This document shows, piece after piece, positions 15,216 through 23,325 of a stretch of DNA of 23,325 nucleotides. Position 1 is the stretch's first letter. Each line of letters opens with the position of its first letter. The DNA is from Candidatus Sumerlaeia bacterium (GTDB taxonomy: Bacteria; Sumerlaeota; Sumerlaeia; SLMS01). Location: NCBI GenBank assembly GCA_038208905.1, contig JBBQYG010000053.1, forward strand, positions 1 to 23,325, read 5' to 3'. The notes below the pieces were generated by a model, which saw only the letters and a list, made by a program, of their open reading frames with translations, did not search any database and was not told the DNA's origin. The position numbers and the translations under genes are program-made.

Positions 15216-16982
15216 ATGGCGACGGCAATGGAACGCAAGCTCGGCGAGATGCTCGTTAAGGACAACGTGATCACGCGTCCCGAGCTGGAGCAGGCCCTGC
15301 AGCAACAGGAGCAGACGCGTCGCAGCCTGGGCCACATCCTCATCGAACTCGGCCTGACCTCCGAATGGGAGATGGCCGCGGCCCTCGGCAAGCAACTCAA
15401 CGTCCCCTTCATCACGCTCTCCCACTATGAAATCGACGAACTGGTTCTCAACACCATCCCCGTCGATATCGTCAGGAAATACAAAATCGTACCCGTGGAC
15501 AAGACGGGCAACACGCTGACCATCGCGCTGTCGGACCCGTCCAATATCTACCTGCTGGACGAGCTCAAGCTCCTGACCAAGACGGAAATCATCCCGGTTA
15601 TCTCCTTCGAGTCCGACATCACCGAAGCCATCGCGCGCTACTATCCCGCGCTCAATGGCGCCGACGGGTCGAACATCGACGAGGCCCTGAAGGAAATTCA
15701 GGACGCCGACGTGCAGACGGCAGTCAAGGAGGCGCTGAACTTCGACGACCTCAACGTCGAGCAGGCCTCCATGGAGGACTTTGCCGACGGGGACGAGGAC
15801 GGCGCGGAGGTCAACGACGCCCCCGTTATCCAGCTTGTGAACATGATCATCGCAGAGGCCATCAAGGCCGGTGCCTCCGACATTCACGTGGAGCCCTTCG
15901 AGAAGAAGCTGCGCCTGCGCTACCGCATCGACGGCGTGCTGCACGAGATGACGAACCCACCCAAGAAATTCCAGAACGCGATCATATCGCGCCTCAAGAT
16001 CCTCTCGGAGATGGATATCGCCGAGCGACGCGTGCCCCAGGACGGGCGCTTCCGCGTCAAGGTTGCCGGGCGCCCCATCGACTTCCGCGTAAGCTGCTGC
16101 CCGATGATCTATGGCGAGAAGGTCGTCATGCGTATCCTGGACCAGAGCAACCTGATGCTCAACCTGGAGGATCTGGGTTTCGAGCCCCACGTGAAGGATA
16201 AGTTCGAGGGCGCCATCCTCCAACCCTACGGCATGTGCCTGATCACCGGCCCCACGGGCTCCGGCAAGTCCACCACGCTCTACTCCGCCCTGGCGCGCAT
16301 CAACGACCCCAGCAAGAACATCAGCACGGCCGAGGACCCGGTGGAATACAACCTGCCCGGCGTGAACCAGGTGAATACCAAGGCCGATATCGGGCTGACG
16401 TTCTCCGCGGCGCTGAAGGCTTTCCTCCGCCAGGATCCCGACATCATCATGGTGGGCGAAATCCGCGATCTGGAAACCGGCGCCATTGCCATCAAGGCCG
16501 CCCTCACCGGTCACTTGGTGCTCTCGACCCTCCACACCAACGACGCCCCCAGCACCGTGCAGCGCCTGGTCAACATGGGCGTGGACGACTTCCTGATCAC
16601 GGCCTCGCTCAACATGGTCGAGGCCCAGCGCCTTGCCCGCCGCATCTGCAAGAACTGCCGGTCGGAGTACGTTCCCGACGAGTCCGAGATGGCGGTGATC
16701 GGCATCCCCGAGGCGGAGCGCACGCCGGACCTGCGCCTGTACAAGGGTTCGGGATGCGAGGTGTGCCGCCACTCTGGCTACAAGGGCCGCGTGGGCCTCT
16801 ACGAAGTCATGACCATGGACGACGCCCTGCGCGACGCCATCATGGCCAAGATGCCGACCAACCAGCTGAAGCGGCTTGCGATCAAGAACGGCATGGAGTC
16901 CATGCGCGCCGCCGCCCTGCGCAAAGTCCGCCAGGGCGCCACCACCACCGAACAGGCAGTTGAACTGACGATCGAAGACTGA
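15216..16982 (+). CDS. pilB: Type IV pilus assembly ATPase PilB (GspE/PulE family) with N-terminal MshEN-like domain
   Basis: ASDIHVEP, RYRIDGVL, ERRVPQDGR, Walker A GPTGSGKST, AEDPVEY, LRQDPDIIMVGEIRD, His box TGHLVLSTLHTND, CKNC...CEVC, GYKGRVGLYE. GGAGG RBS before ATG15216 (ATG15228 possible). Confidence 0.93.
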   Translation: MATAMERKLGEMLVKDNVITRPELEQALQQQEQTRRSLGHILIELGLTSEWEMAAALGKQLNVPFITLSHYEIDELVLNTIPVDIVRKYKIVPVDKTGNTLTIALSDPSNIYLLDELKLLTKTEIIPVISFESDITEAIARYYPALNGADGSNIDEALKEIQDADVQTAVKEALNFDDLNVEQASMEDFADGDEDGAEVNDAPVIQLVNMIIAEAIKAGASDIHVEPFEKKLRLRYRIDGVLHEMTNPPKKFQNAIISRLKILSEMDIAERRVPQDGRFRVKVAGRPIDFRVSCCPMIYGEKVVMRILDQSNLMLNLEDLGFEPHVKDKFEGAILQPYGMCLITGPTGSGKSTTLYSALARINDPSKNISTAEDPVEYNLPGVNQVNTKADIGLTFSAALKAFLRQDPDIIMVGEIRDLETGAIAIKAALTGHLVLSTLHTNDAPSTVQRLVNMGVDDFLITASLNMVEAQRLARRICKNCRSEYVPDESEMAVIGIPEAERTPDLRLYKGSGCEVCRHSGYKGRVGLYEVMTMDDALRDAIMAKMPTNQLKRLAIKNGMESMRAAALRKVRQGATTTEQAVELTIED

Positions 16983-17046
16983 CAAAGGCAACCACGCGCC
17001 CGGGTCACCACCGGGCCGGGCACCCCCAACCAGGAAGGACCCTCCG

Positions 17047-18267
17047 ATGCCCCTGTTTCAATATGTCGCCCGATCGGGAGATGGCAGAACCATCAACGGA
17101 ACCGCCGAGGCCGCCGACCAAGGGTCGGTGGTTCGCATGCTCCGCGAGAAGGGACTGACCCCCACCCAGATCAAGGAGACCGCGGCCAAGGCAAAGGCCA
17201 AGGCCAAGAAGAACAAGGGCAAGGGCGGGCGCGTAAAGCTGGACGACATGGTGATTCTGTCCCAGCAGATGGCCGTGATGATCCGCGCCGGCCTTCCCCT
17301 GATCGAGGTGCTCGACATCCTCGCGGAGCAGACCGAGCGCCGCTCGCTCGCCAACATCATGCGCCAGATCGAGAAGGACGTGGAGGCGGGCAACTCCCTC
17401 ACCGAGGCGATGTCCAAGCACGCCAACGTCTTCAGCCAGTTCTACCTCTCGATGGTCCGCGCCGGGGAAGCCTCCGGTATGTTGGACACCATTTTGGACC
17501 AGGTGGCCACCTACATGGAGCGCATCGCGTCGCTCCAGCGCAAGATCAAGTCCGCCATCATGTATCCCGTGACCGTGACGCTGATCGCCACGGGCATTAC
17601 GATCTTCCTGCTGGTGAATGTGGTGCCGGTGTTCCAGGGCATCTTCGAGGGCCTGGGCGGCGACCTCCCGTGGCCCACGCAGATCACCGTGGCGGCCTCC
17701 AACATCATCCAGAAGCAGTGGTGGCTGGTGGGCCTGATCGTGATTGGTCTCTTCGTCTTCATGCACAACTGGGGTAAGACCAAGAGCGGTCGCCTGCTGA
17801 TCGACAAGGTTTACCTGAAGATGCCGCTCTTCGGGCCGCTGATCCTGAAGTCCGCCGTGGCCAAGTTCTGCCGCACGCTGGGAACGCTGATCCGTTCCGG
17901 CGTGAACATCCTGTATGCTCTGGAGATCACGGCCAAGACCGCCAACAACGCCGTGATCGAGGCCGCCGTCATGCGCACCCGCGCCAGCATCCAGGCCGGC
18001 GAGTCGCTGACCAAGCCCCTGGTCGAGGCCGACGTTTTCCCGCCGATGGTTACCCGCATGATCGACGTGGGCGAGCGCACCGGCGCCTTGGAAGGCATGT
18101 TGGTCAAGATCGCCGACTTCTATGAGGATCAGGTGAACGCGATGGTGGCCGGCCTTACCTCCCTCATCGAGCCCCTGCTGATCGTGGGCCTGGGCTTGGT
18201 GGTGGGATTCATCGTGATCTCGATGTTCCTGCCGATGTTCAAGATGATCGAAATGATCGCTTCCTAA
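17047..18267 (+). CDS. pilC: Type IV pilus inner-membrane platform protein PilC (GspF family)
   Basis: MPLFQYVAR start, QMAVMIRAGLPL, MVRAGEASGML, KIKSAIMYP, VVPVF, LPWPT, RTLGTLIRSGV, MIDVGERTGAL, LIEPLLIV..MFLPMF. AGGAAGGA RBS. Confidence 0.95.
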   Translation: MPLFQYVARSGDGRTINGTAEAADQGSVVRMLREKGLTPTQIKETAAKAKAKAKKNKGKGGRVKLDDMVILSQQMAVMIRAGLPLIEVLDILAEQTERRSLANIMRQIEKDVEAGNSLTEAMSKHANVFSQFYLSMVRAGEASGMLDTILDQVATYMERIASLQRKIKSAIMYPVTVTLIATGITIFLLVNVVPVFQGIFEGLGGDLPWPTQITVAASNIIQKQWWLVGLIVIGLFVFMHNWGKTKSGRLLIDKVYLKMPLFGPLILKSAVAKFCRTLGTLIRSGVNILYALEITAKTANNAVIEAAVMRTRASIQAGESLTKPLVEADVFPPMVTRMIDVGERTGALEGMLVKIADFYEDQVNAMVAGLTSLIEPLLIVGLGLVVGFIVISMFLPMFKMIEMIAS

Positions 18268-18289
18268 GGCCGTCGTTCAGGTCAATATG

Positions 18290-18341
18290 TCACGGGGGAC
18301 GCGGAGTGGGCTTGTAGGCCATCGCGTCCCCGTGATTGTTT
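18290..18341 (+). terminator. Probable intrinsic terminator after pilC
   Basis: TCACGGGGGACGCG (18290-18303) pairs with CGCGTCCCCGTGA (18323-18335) with one bulged G, followed by TTGTTT. Confidence 0.55.
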
Positions 18342-18383
18342 CCAGAGCTTGAGTGCATCGCCCAGCAGGCTTGAGAAGGCAAC

Positions 18384-19418
18384 ATGATCGATCCCAGACT
18401 AGAACGACGCGCCGCCGACTGCACCGAATTGGTGGATTTCTGGAAGCAGTTCCTCGAACTCGTAAACAAGGCCGTCAAGCCCCCCAAGACCTGCACACCC
18501 CAGCTCGAGCAGCAGTTCATCAACACCAAGGCGCGCATCGCCATGCTCCACGATTCCTTCATGGAGTCGCTCAAGCATGACAAGCAGGTGGGCGCCAACA
18601 TGCTCGAAATCGTCAACCGCGCCATCACCCTGCGCCTGCTCCAGAAGCTCAACGAGGCCGAGACCAAGAAGCTCGAACTCGAATGGCACGAGGTTTACCT
18701 CCTCCTCAACGAGGCCGTCAGCGGCCTCAACGAGGAGCGCCAGCGCATCGCCGCCATCAACGAATTCAGCCACAACATGGGCAAGGTTCGCGACAGCTTT
18801 GTTGTCCGCTTTAAGTCCTTCCTTGGATCCATCTACCTCAAGATCGCCATCGTCCTCGGCGCCCTCGCATTCGCCATCTGGGGCGTCCCCGCGGTGGGCA
18901 TCTATGACTACGACAACCTGCGCGACATCCGGGCGGCCAATTCCCTCACCGCCACCTACCTCTCCATCAGCCGCAACTGGCTCGGGTTCGATCAGGCGTT
19001 CCTGGACATGCCGGATTTCATGAACAACTTCCCCAACAAGAAGATCGTGGGCTTTCGCGACGGCGAGGACCGCACGTCGGTCGTCAAGCAGGAGCGCGTC
19101 GCCGCGGACCTCCCCGGATCCCTCGGGCTTTCCGACCGCGCCACGGCGTCCGAGCTCATGACCAAGGCCAAGGACTACCGCACGCTGGCCTTCGAGTCGG
19201 ACGGAAGCCAGGGCACCGTCTTTGTCTATACGTTCTGGTTTCGCAAGAACGAGGACGCCCGCAAGCTGGGCAAGATGCTGGCCGACGCCACCAACATGCC
19301 CCAGAAGTTCAAGGCCTTCCGCCGCGCCAACGTCGTCATGGTTTACTCCAGCGACAATCCGATCAAGATGGACGATCTGGTCCCCAAGACCGTGGACCTG
19401 ACGCTGCCCAAGCCCTGA
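18384..19418 (+). CDS. Hypothetical bitopic membrane protein (344 aa) between pilC and dprA
   Basis: Strong GC3 codon bias like pilB/pilC; GAAGG RBS; helical N-terminal ~145 aa; one TM segment (IYLKIAIVLGALAFAIWGVPAVGI); alpha/beta C-terminal region. Confidence 0.8.
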   Translation: MIDPRLERRAADCTELVDFWKQFLELVNKAVKPPKTCTPQLEQQFINTKARIAMLHDSFMESLKHDKQVGANMLEIVNRAITLRLLQKLNEAETKKLELEWHEVYLLLNEAVSGLNEERQRIAAINEFSHNMGKVRDSFVVRFKSFLGSIYLKIAIVLGALAFAIWGVPAVGIYDYDNLRDIRAANSLTATYLSISRNWLGFDQAFLDMPDFMNNFPNKKIVGFRDGEDRTSVVKQERVAADLPGSLGLSDRATASELMTKAKDYRTLAFESDGSQGTVFVYTFWFRKNEDARKLGKMLADATNMPQKFKAFRRANVVMVYSSDNPIKMDDLVPKTVDLTLPKP

Positions 19419-19436
19419 TTGACGGAGCCCGCGCCG

Positions 19437-20597
19437 ATGAGCACCGGGACGGCTGAGGACCCGCGCGGCTGGCTCCGCCTGCTGGGCTGCGGGCTGGAGA
19501 AAAGCCGTCTCACCGCCCTCGTGGGCGCGCTTGGTTCCCCCGGCGCCGTGATGGACGCAAGCGATAGCGAGCTTGCCGAAACCCACGGCCTGGGCACGCG
19601 CCACATTCAGGCGCTCCGCCAGCAGCCAACCCCCGCCGACATCGACCGCCAGATGATCGCGCTCGAACGTTCCGGCGCGCGCATTGTCCCCGTCGCCTCG
19701 CCGGACTTTCCCCGCAACCTCTTCCACCTGCGCGTGCCGCCGCCCGCGATCTTCGTCAAGGGCCGCCTGGAGTCCTACGATTCGCTGGCCGTGGGCATCG
19801 TCGGCCCGCGCACGCCCACCGCCTACGGCCTCTCCGTGGCGCGCGCCCTCGCGCGGGACTTCGCGCCGACGCTCACCATTGTCAGCGGCGCCGCCCTCGG
19901 CATCGACAGCGCCGCCCACGAGGCCGTGCTCGACGCGGGCGGGCGCACCATCGGCGTCCTGGGCTGCGGCATCGACATCAACTATCCCTCGACGAATGCC
20001 AAGCTGCGCGCGCGGATCGGCGACGGTGGGCAGGGCGCGCTCGTCTCCATCTTTCCACCTCTGTCTCCCCCCCACAGCCACCACTTCCCGATCCGCAACC
20101 ATATCCTGGCGGGGCTGTCCCTTGCCGTGGTCGTGGTGGAGGCCGGCGCGCGGAGTGGCGCCCTGGTCACCGCGCGCGCCGCTGGCGAGGAGGGGCGCCA
20201 GGTCTATGCCGTGCCCGGAGACATCACCCGCGCCAACAGCGCCGGCAGCAACGCGCTCCTGCGCGATGGCGCCGCGGTATGCACCGGCGCCGCCAGCGTC
20301 ATCGAGGATCTGGAGGGGACACTGCACCGCGAGCTGGAGGAGTTGTTGCGCCGCCGCAGGGCCGCCCCCGGCGCGGCCCCGACCGAGGAGCACGCGGTGA
20401 GCAACGCAGGCCGGTCACCCGGCGAGGAAGCGATCCTGCGCATGGTGGCGCACAGCTCCATCAGCCACGATGACCTGATCGCGAAGCTGGTCCCTGGGTC
20501 CATGAGCCTTGGCGAGCTTTCCTCTGCGTTGCTCATGTTGGAACTCGACGGCCGCATCCGCCAAAGCCCCGGTCGCCTCTACGACGCGCGGCTGTAG
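19437..20597 (+). CDS. dprA: DNA-processing protein DprA (Smf)
   Basis: IVGPRTPTAYG, IVSGAALGIDSAAH, TIGVLGCGID..YP, FPIRNHILAGLS, VEAGARSGALVTA, VYAVPG, and a C-terminal winged helix (LLMLELDGRI). GGAG RBS before ATG19437 (TTG19419 alternative). Confidence 0.95.
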   Translation: MSTGTAEDPRGWLRLLGCGLEKSRLTALVGALGSPGAVMDASDSELAETHGLGTRHIQALRQQPTPADIDRQMIALERSGARIVPVASPDFPRNLFHLRVPPPAIFVKGRLESYDSLAVGIVGPRTPTAYGLSVARALARDFAPTLTIVSGAALGIDSAAHEAVLDAGGRTIGVLGCGIDINYPSTNAKLRARIGDGGQGALVSIFPPLSPPHSHHFPIRNHILAGLSLAVVVVEAGARSGALVTARAAGEEGRQVYAVPGDITRANSAGSNALLRDGAAVCTGAASVIEDLEGTLHRELEELLRRRRAAPGAAPTEEHAVSNAGRSPGEEAILRMVAHSSISHDDLIAKLVPGSMSLGELSSALLMLELDGRIRQSPGRLYDARL

Positions 20598-20623
20598 CCC
20601 GCTCTTCGGCGAGCCCGCCGCCA

Positions 20624-21085
20624 TCACACCACCTCGGCGACGATCTCCACTTCCACTGGCGAGTTGCGGGGGAGGCACGGGGTGGAGATCGTTGTGCGCG
20701 CGTGGACGCCGGCCTCGCCAAAGATCGCCATGAGCAGCTCGCTGGCGCCGTTGGAAACGCCGGACTGGGCGGTAAAGGTGGGAACCGACGCGACGAAGCA
20801 CGTGACTTTGACGATGCGGCGGATGTTATCGATGCCGCCGCACTCCGCGGCCACCGCGGCCACCGCGTTCAGCGCGGAAACGCGCGACGCGGCGGCGGCG
20901 TCCTCCGCAGAGACCGTGTCCCCCACGATCCCCTCCAGGACCAGAACCCCGTTCTTGCTGGGAAGCTGGCCGGCGGTGAACACCAGGTTTCCCGTGCGGA
21001 CGGCGTGGGTGTATGCAGCGACGGGCTTCGCCACGGGGGGGAGTTCGATTCCAAGTTCGACGAGCTTTTCGGATGGCTTTGGCAT
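20624..21085 (-). CDS. RidA/YjgF/YER057c/UK114 family protein (153 aa)
   Basis: LGIELP..PVAAY, GNLVFTAGQLP, IVKVTCFV, NGASELL..FGEAGVHART, LPRNSPVEVE. GGAG RBS before ATG21085. Confidence 0.92.
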   Translation of the reverse strand: MPKPSEKLVELGIELPPVAKPVAAYTHAVRTGNLVFTAGQLPSKNGVLVLEGIVGDTVSAEDAAAASRVSALNAVAAVAAECGGIDNIRRIVKVTCFVASVPTFTAQSGVSNGASELLMAIFGEAGVHARTTISTPCLPRNSPVEVEIVAEVV

Positions 21086-21190
21086 GATGCGGTTTCTCCA
21101 ATGGGTTGATGGCGACGCGCAAAGACTGGGAAATGGCATGGCGGCGGGAAAAGCGGAACTTGCGATCGGCGCTCCCCCGCCCCGCAAGGT

Positions 21191-21219
21191 TTGACACCCC
21201 CCGTCCCCCTCCCTACCCT
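21191..21219 (+). promoter_or_regulatory. Sigma70-type promoter for the nucleotidyltransferase gene
   Basis: TTGACA (21191-21196), exactly 17 nt, then TACCCT (21214-21219), in the divergent intergenic region. Confidence 0.6.
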
Positions 21220-21277
21220 GTAAATGCCGCCGGGCAGGACGCTGGCGCCATTTGCCCGCCAGAAAGGCCGTTTCCAC

Positions 21278-22282
21278 GTGAGAGCCATCATTCCCGTCGC
21301 AGGGTTCGGAAGCCGCATGAGGCCCCATACCCACACCCAGCCCAAGGTTCTGCTGCAGGTGGCGGGCAAGGCGATGCTGGACCACATCATCGACGACCTG
21401 GTGGCCGCGGGGGTGGATGGCCTGACTCTGGTGGTGGGATACCTGGGCGACCGGATCGAGGAACACGTCCGCAAGCACTACGGCCACCTGACCCTGAACT
21501 TCGTCCGGCAGGAGGAGATGCTGGGCCTGGGCCACGCGATCCAGATCACCAAGCACCTGCACAAGGACGACGACCGGCTGCTGATCATCCTAGGCGACAC
21601 GATCGTGAAGGCGGACTTCGCGAAGATGTTTGGCCTGGGGTCGAGCGCGCTGGCGGTGAAGGCCGTGGACGACCCGCGCCGATTCGGCACCGTGGAGAAC
21701 AAGCCCGGCACCGACGAGATCATGGGCCTGATCGAGAAGGCCGAAAATCCGCCGACCAACCTCGCGATCGTCGGCGTCTATCTGCTCGACGATCCCGCGC
21801 TCCTCTTCGAGGGGCTCGACCATATCTTCGACAATAACATCCGCACAAAGAACGAGTACCAGCTCACCGATGCGCTGGCCTACATGCTCGGCAAGGGCCA
21901 CGTGATGCGGAGCTTCGAGATCGACGAGTGGCTCGACTGCGGCAAGCCGGAGACCCTGCTGGAGACCAATCGCCGCCTGCTGGAGCTGGAGTTCTGCGGC
22001 AAGGCCGACGAGTACCGCACGCGGTTCCCCACGTCGGTCATCGTGGCGCCGGTCGCCATCGGAGCCGATTGCAAGATCGAGAACAGCGTGGTCGGCCCCT
22101 ATGTCTCCATGCGCCACGACGTGCACATCGCCGGCTCGATCCTGAGCGACTGCACCATCGCCAAGGGCGCGACACTCCGCAACGTGAACATCCGCAACTC
22201 CATGATCGGCGAGTTCACCACCGTGGAGGGCGTGACCGGCGAACTCAACATGGGCGACCATTCGACGCTGATCCGGAAGTAG
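21278..22282 (+). CDS. Sugar-1-phosphate nucleotidyltransferase, long form (glucose-1-phosphate thymidylyltransferase-like) with C-terminal hexapeptide-type repeats
   Basis: (M)RAIIPVAGFGSRMRPHT..PKVLL.VAGK, QEEMLGLGHAI, ILGDT, DPRRFG, IEK, EYQLTDAL, WLDCGKPE. GAAAGG RBS before GTG21278. Confidence 0.88.
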   Translation: MRAIIPVAGFGSRMRPHTHTQPKVLLQVAGKAMLDHIIDDLVAAGVDGLTLVVGYLGDRIEEHVRKHYGHLTLNFVRQEEMLGLGHAIQITKHLHKDDDRLLIILGDTIVKADFAKMFGLGSSALAVKAVDDPRRFGTVENKPGTDEIMGLIEKAENPPTNLAIVGVYLLDDPALLFEGLDHIFDNNIRTKNEYQLTDALAYMLGKGHVMRSFEIDEWLDCGKPETLLETNRRLLELEFCGKADEYRTRFPTSVIVAPVAIGADCKIENSVVGPYVSMRHDVHIAGSILSDCTIAKGATLRNVNIRNSMIGEFTTVEGVTGELNMGDHSTLIRK

Positions 22283-22298
22283 AGAAACGAGAAAAGAG

Positions 22299-22501
<203 letters not shown>

Positions 22502-22533
22502 GCCTTTTTTGATCTGCGGATAGACCCCCGGCC

Positions 22534-23325
22534 ATGCCCCCGCGTCGTCTCCTCATTGTGTCCTACGATTTTCCGCCCTCCAGCATTGGGATCTGGCGGA
22601 CGCTGAAGCTGTGTCGCTACATGGGCGAGTTCGGGTGGCGGCCCGCGGTGCTCACCGTCCGCGACGTGCGGACGCCGCGCTGGGACCCGGGTCCGCTGGC
22701 GGAGCTGCCCGAGGGCACGCCGATCCGCCGCACCGAATCGCTGGACCAGAACCGCCTCGCGTTTCTTGCCACGAAGGCCATCGGGTCGCTGAAGGGAAAG
22801 CCCGCGGTCGGCGGCGCGGCACGCCCCGCCGCAAAATCCACCAACGCCGCGCTGCGCGGAGCGATGGACGTTTTGCGTGCGTGGGCACTGGTGCCAGACG
22901 ACCGCGCCGGGTGGTATCCCTTCGCTCTGGCGGAGGGCCGCCGCTGGCTCCGCAGCGCAAAGTTCGACGCCGTCTATACAACCAGCTTTCCCAACACCGC
23001 CCACCTGGTCGGCGCGCGGCTGGCGCGGGAGTTCGACCTGCCGCTGATCGCCGACTTCCGCGACATCTGGGTCGGGAACTACTACTTCTATCATCCCGCG
23101 ACGCCGTGGCACGACCGGCTACAGCGCCGACTGGAGCGCTCCGTCATCGAGACCGCCGCCGCCGTCGTCAGCGTCACCGGCCCCATTACGGCGGACTTTC
23201 GCGAGCGCTATCCCGATCAGCCGCCGGCGAAGTTCCACACGATCACCAACGGCTTCGACCCCGAGGACTTCGAGGGAGTCATTCCCCGGCCCGGCACCCA
23301 CGTCTATACAATCGCCTATGCGGGC
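22534..23325 (+). CDS. Glycosyltransferase family 4 (GT-B) protein, 5' part (runs off the right edge)
   Basis: Manual translation from ATG22534: MPPRRLLIVSYDFPP..GIWRTLKLCRYM..GWRPAVLT...PDDRAGW...YTTSFP.TAHLVG...PLIADFRDIW...ITNGFDPEDF...IAYAG. Open to the window end, so absent from the ORF track. Confidence 0.88.
   Translation, partial: MPPRRLLIVSYDFPPSSIGIWRTLKLCRYMGEFGWRPAVLTVRDVRTPRWDPGPLAELPEGTPIRRTESLDQNRLAFLATKAIGSLKGKPAVGGAARPAAKSTNAALRGAMDVLRAWALVPDDRAGWYPFALAEGRRWLRSAKFDAVYTTSFPNTAHLVGARLAREFDLPLIADFRDIWVGNYYFYHPATPWHDRLQRRLERSVIETAAAVVSVTGPITADFRERYPDQPPAKFHTITNGFDPEDFEGVIPRPGTHVYTIAYAG

Noticed and set aside
15216..18267. Type II secretion gspE/gspF assignment
   Set aside because: Not strictly excluded, but the sequence features, MshEN-like N-terminus, adjacency to dprA and absence of neighbouring gsp genes favour pilB/pilC.

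Overview
GC-rich bacterial chromosomal window with about 19 protein-coding genes. I see no rRNA, tRNA, CRISPR array, integrase or transposase. In order: 3' end of pdxB (missed by the ORF track); DCC1/DUF393 thiol-disulfide oxidoreductase; secreted protein with three ~130-aa repeats, a Pro/Thr linker and an unknown C-terminal domain; dual-specificity (CX5R) phosphatase (-); YihY/BrkB membrane protein with a winged-helix tail; leuS; ICMT/PEMT-like membrane methyltransferase; a two-gene operon of unknown membrane proteins (-), one ending in a DUF1232-like motif; an O-antigen-ligase (Wzy_C)-family protein overlapping a second GT-C-like membrane protein; pterin-4a-carbinolamine dehydratase (-); TPR-like protein; pilB; pilC; unknown bitopic protein; dprA; RidA-family protein (-); long-form sugar-1-phosphate nucleotidyltransferase; 5' part of a GT4 glycosyltransferase (also missed by the track). 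The most unusual signals are (i) three long intergenic inverted-repeat elements, two built from 9-nt tandem units and one REP/REPIN-like with nested stems, (ii) a candidate protein/pilin glycosylation pair of GT-C enzymes near a pilB-pilC-unknown-dprA cluster, and (iii) several unannotated membrane or secreted proteins. The style of the secreted protein tentatively suggests Ca. Sumerlaeota (BRC1) or a similar under-studied phylum; this is a low-confidence impression. All family calls come from reading motifs by eye, not from database searches.
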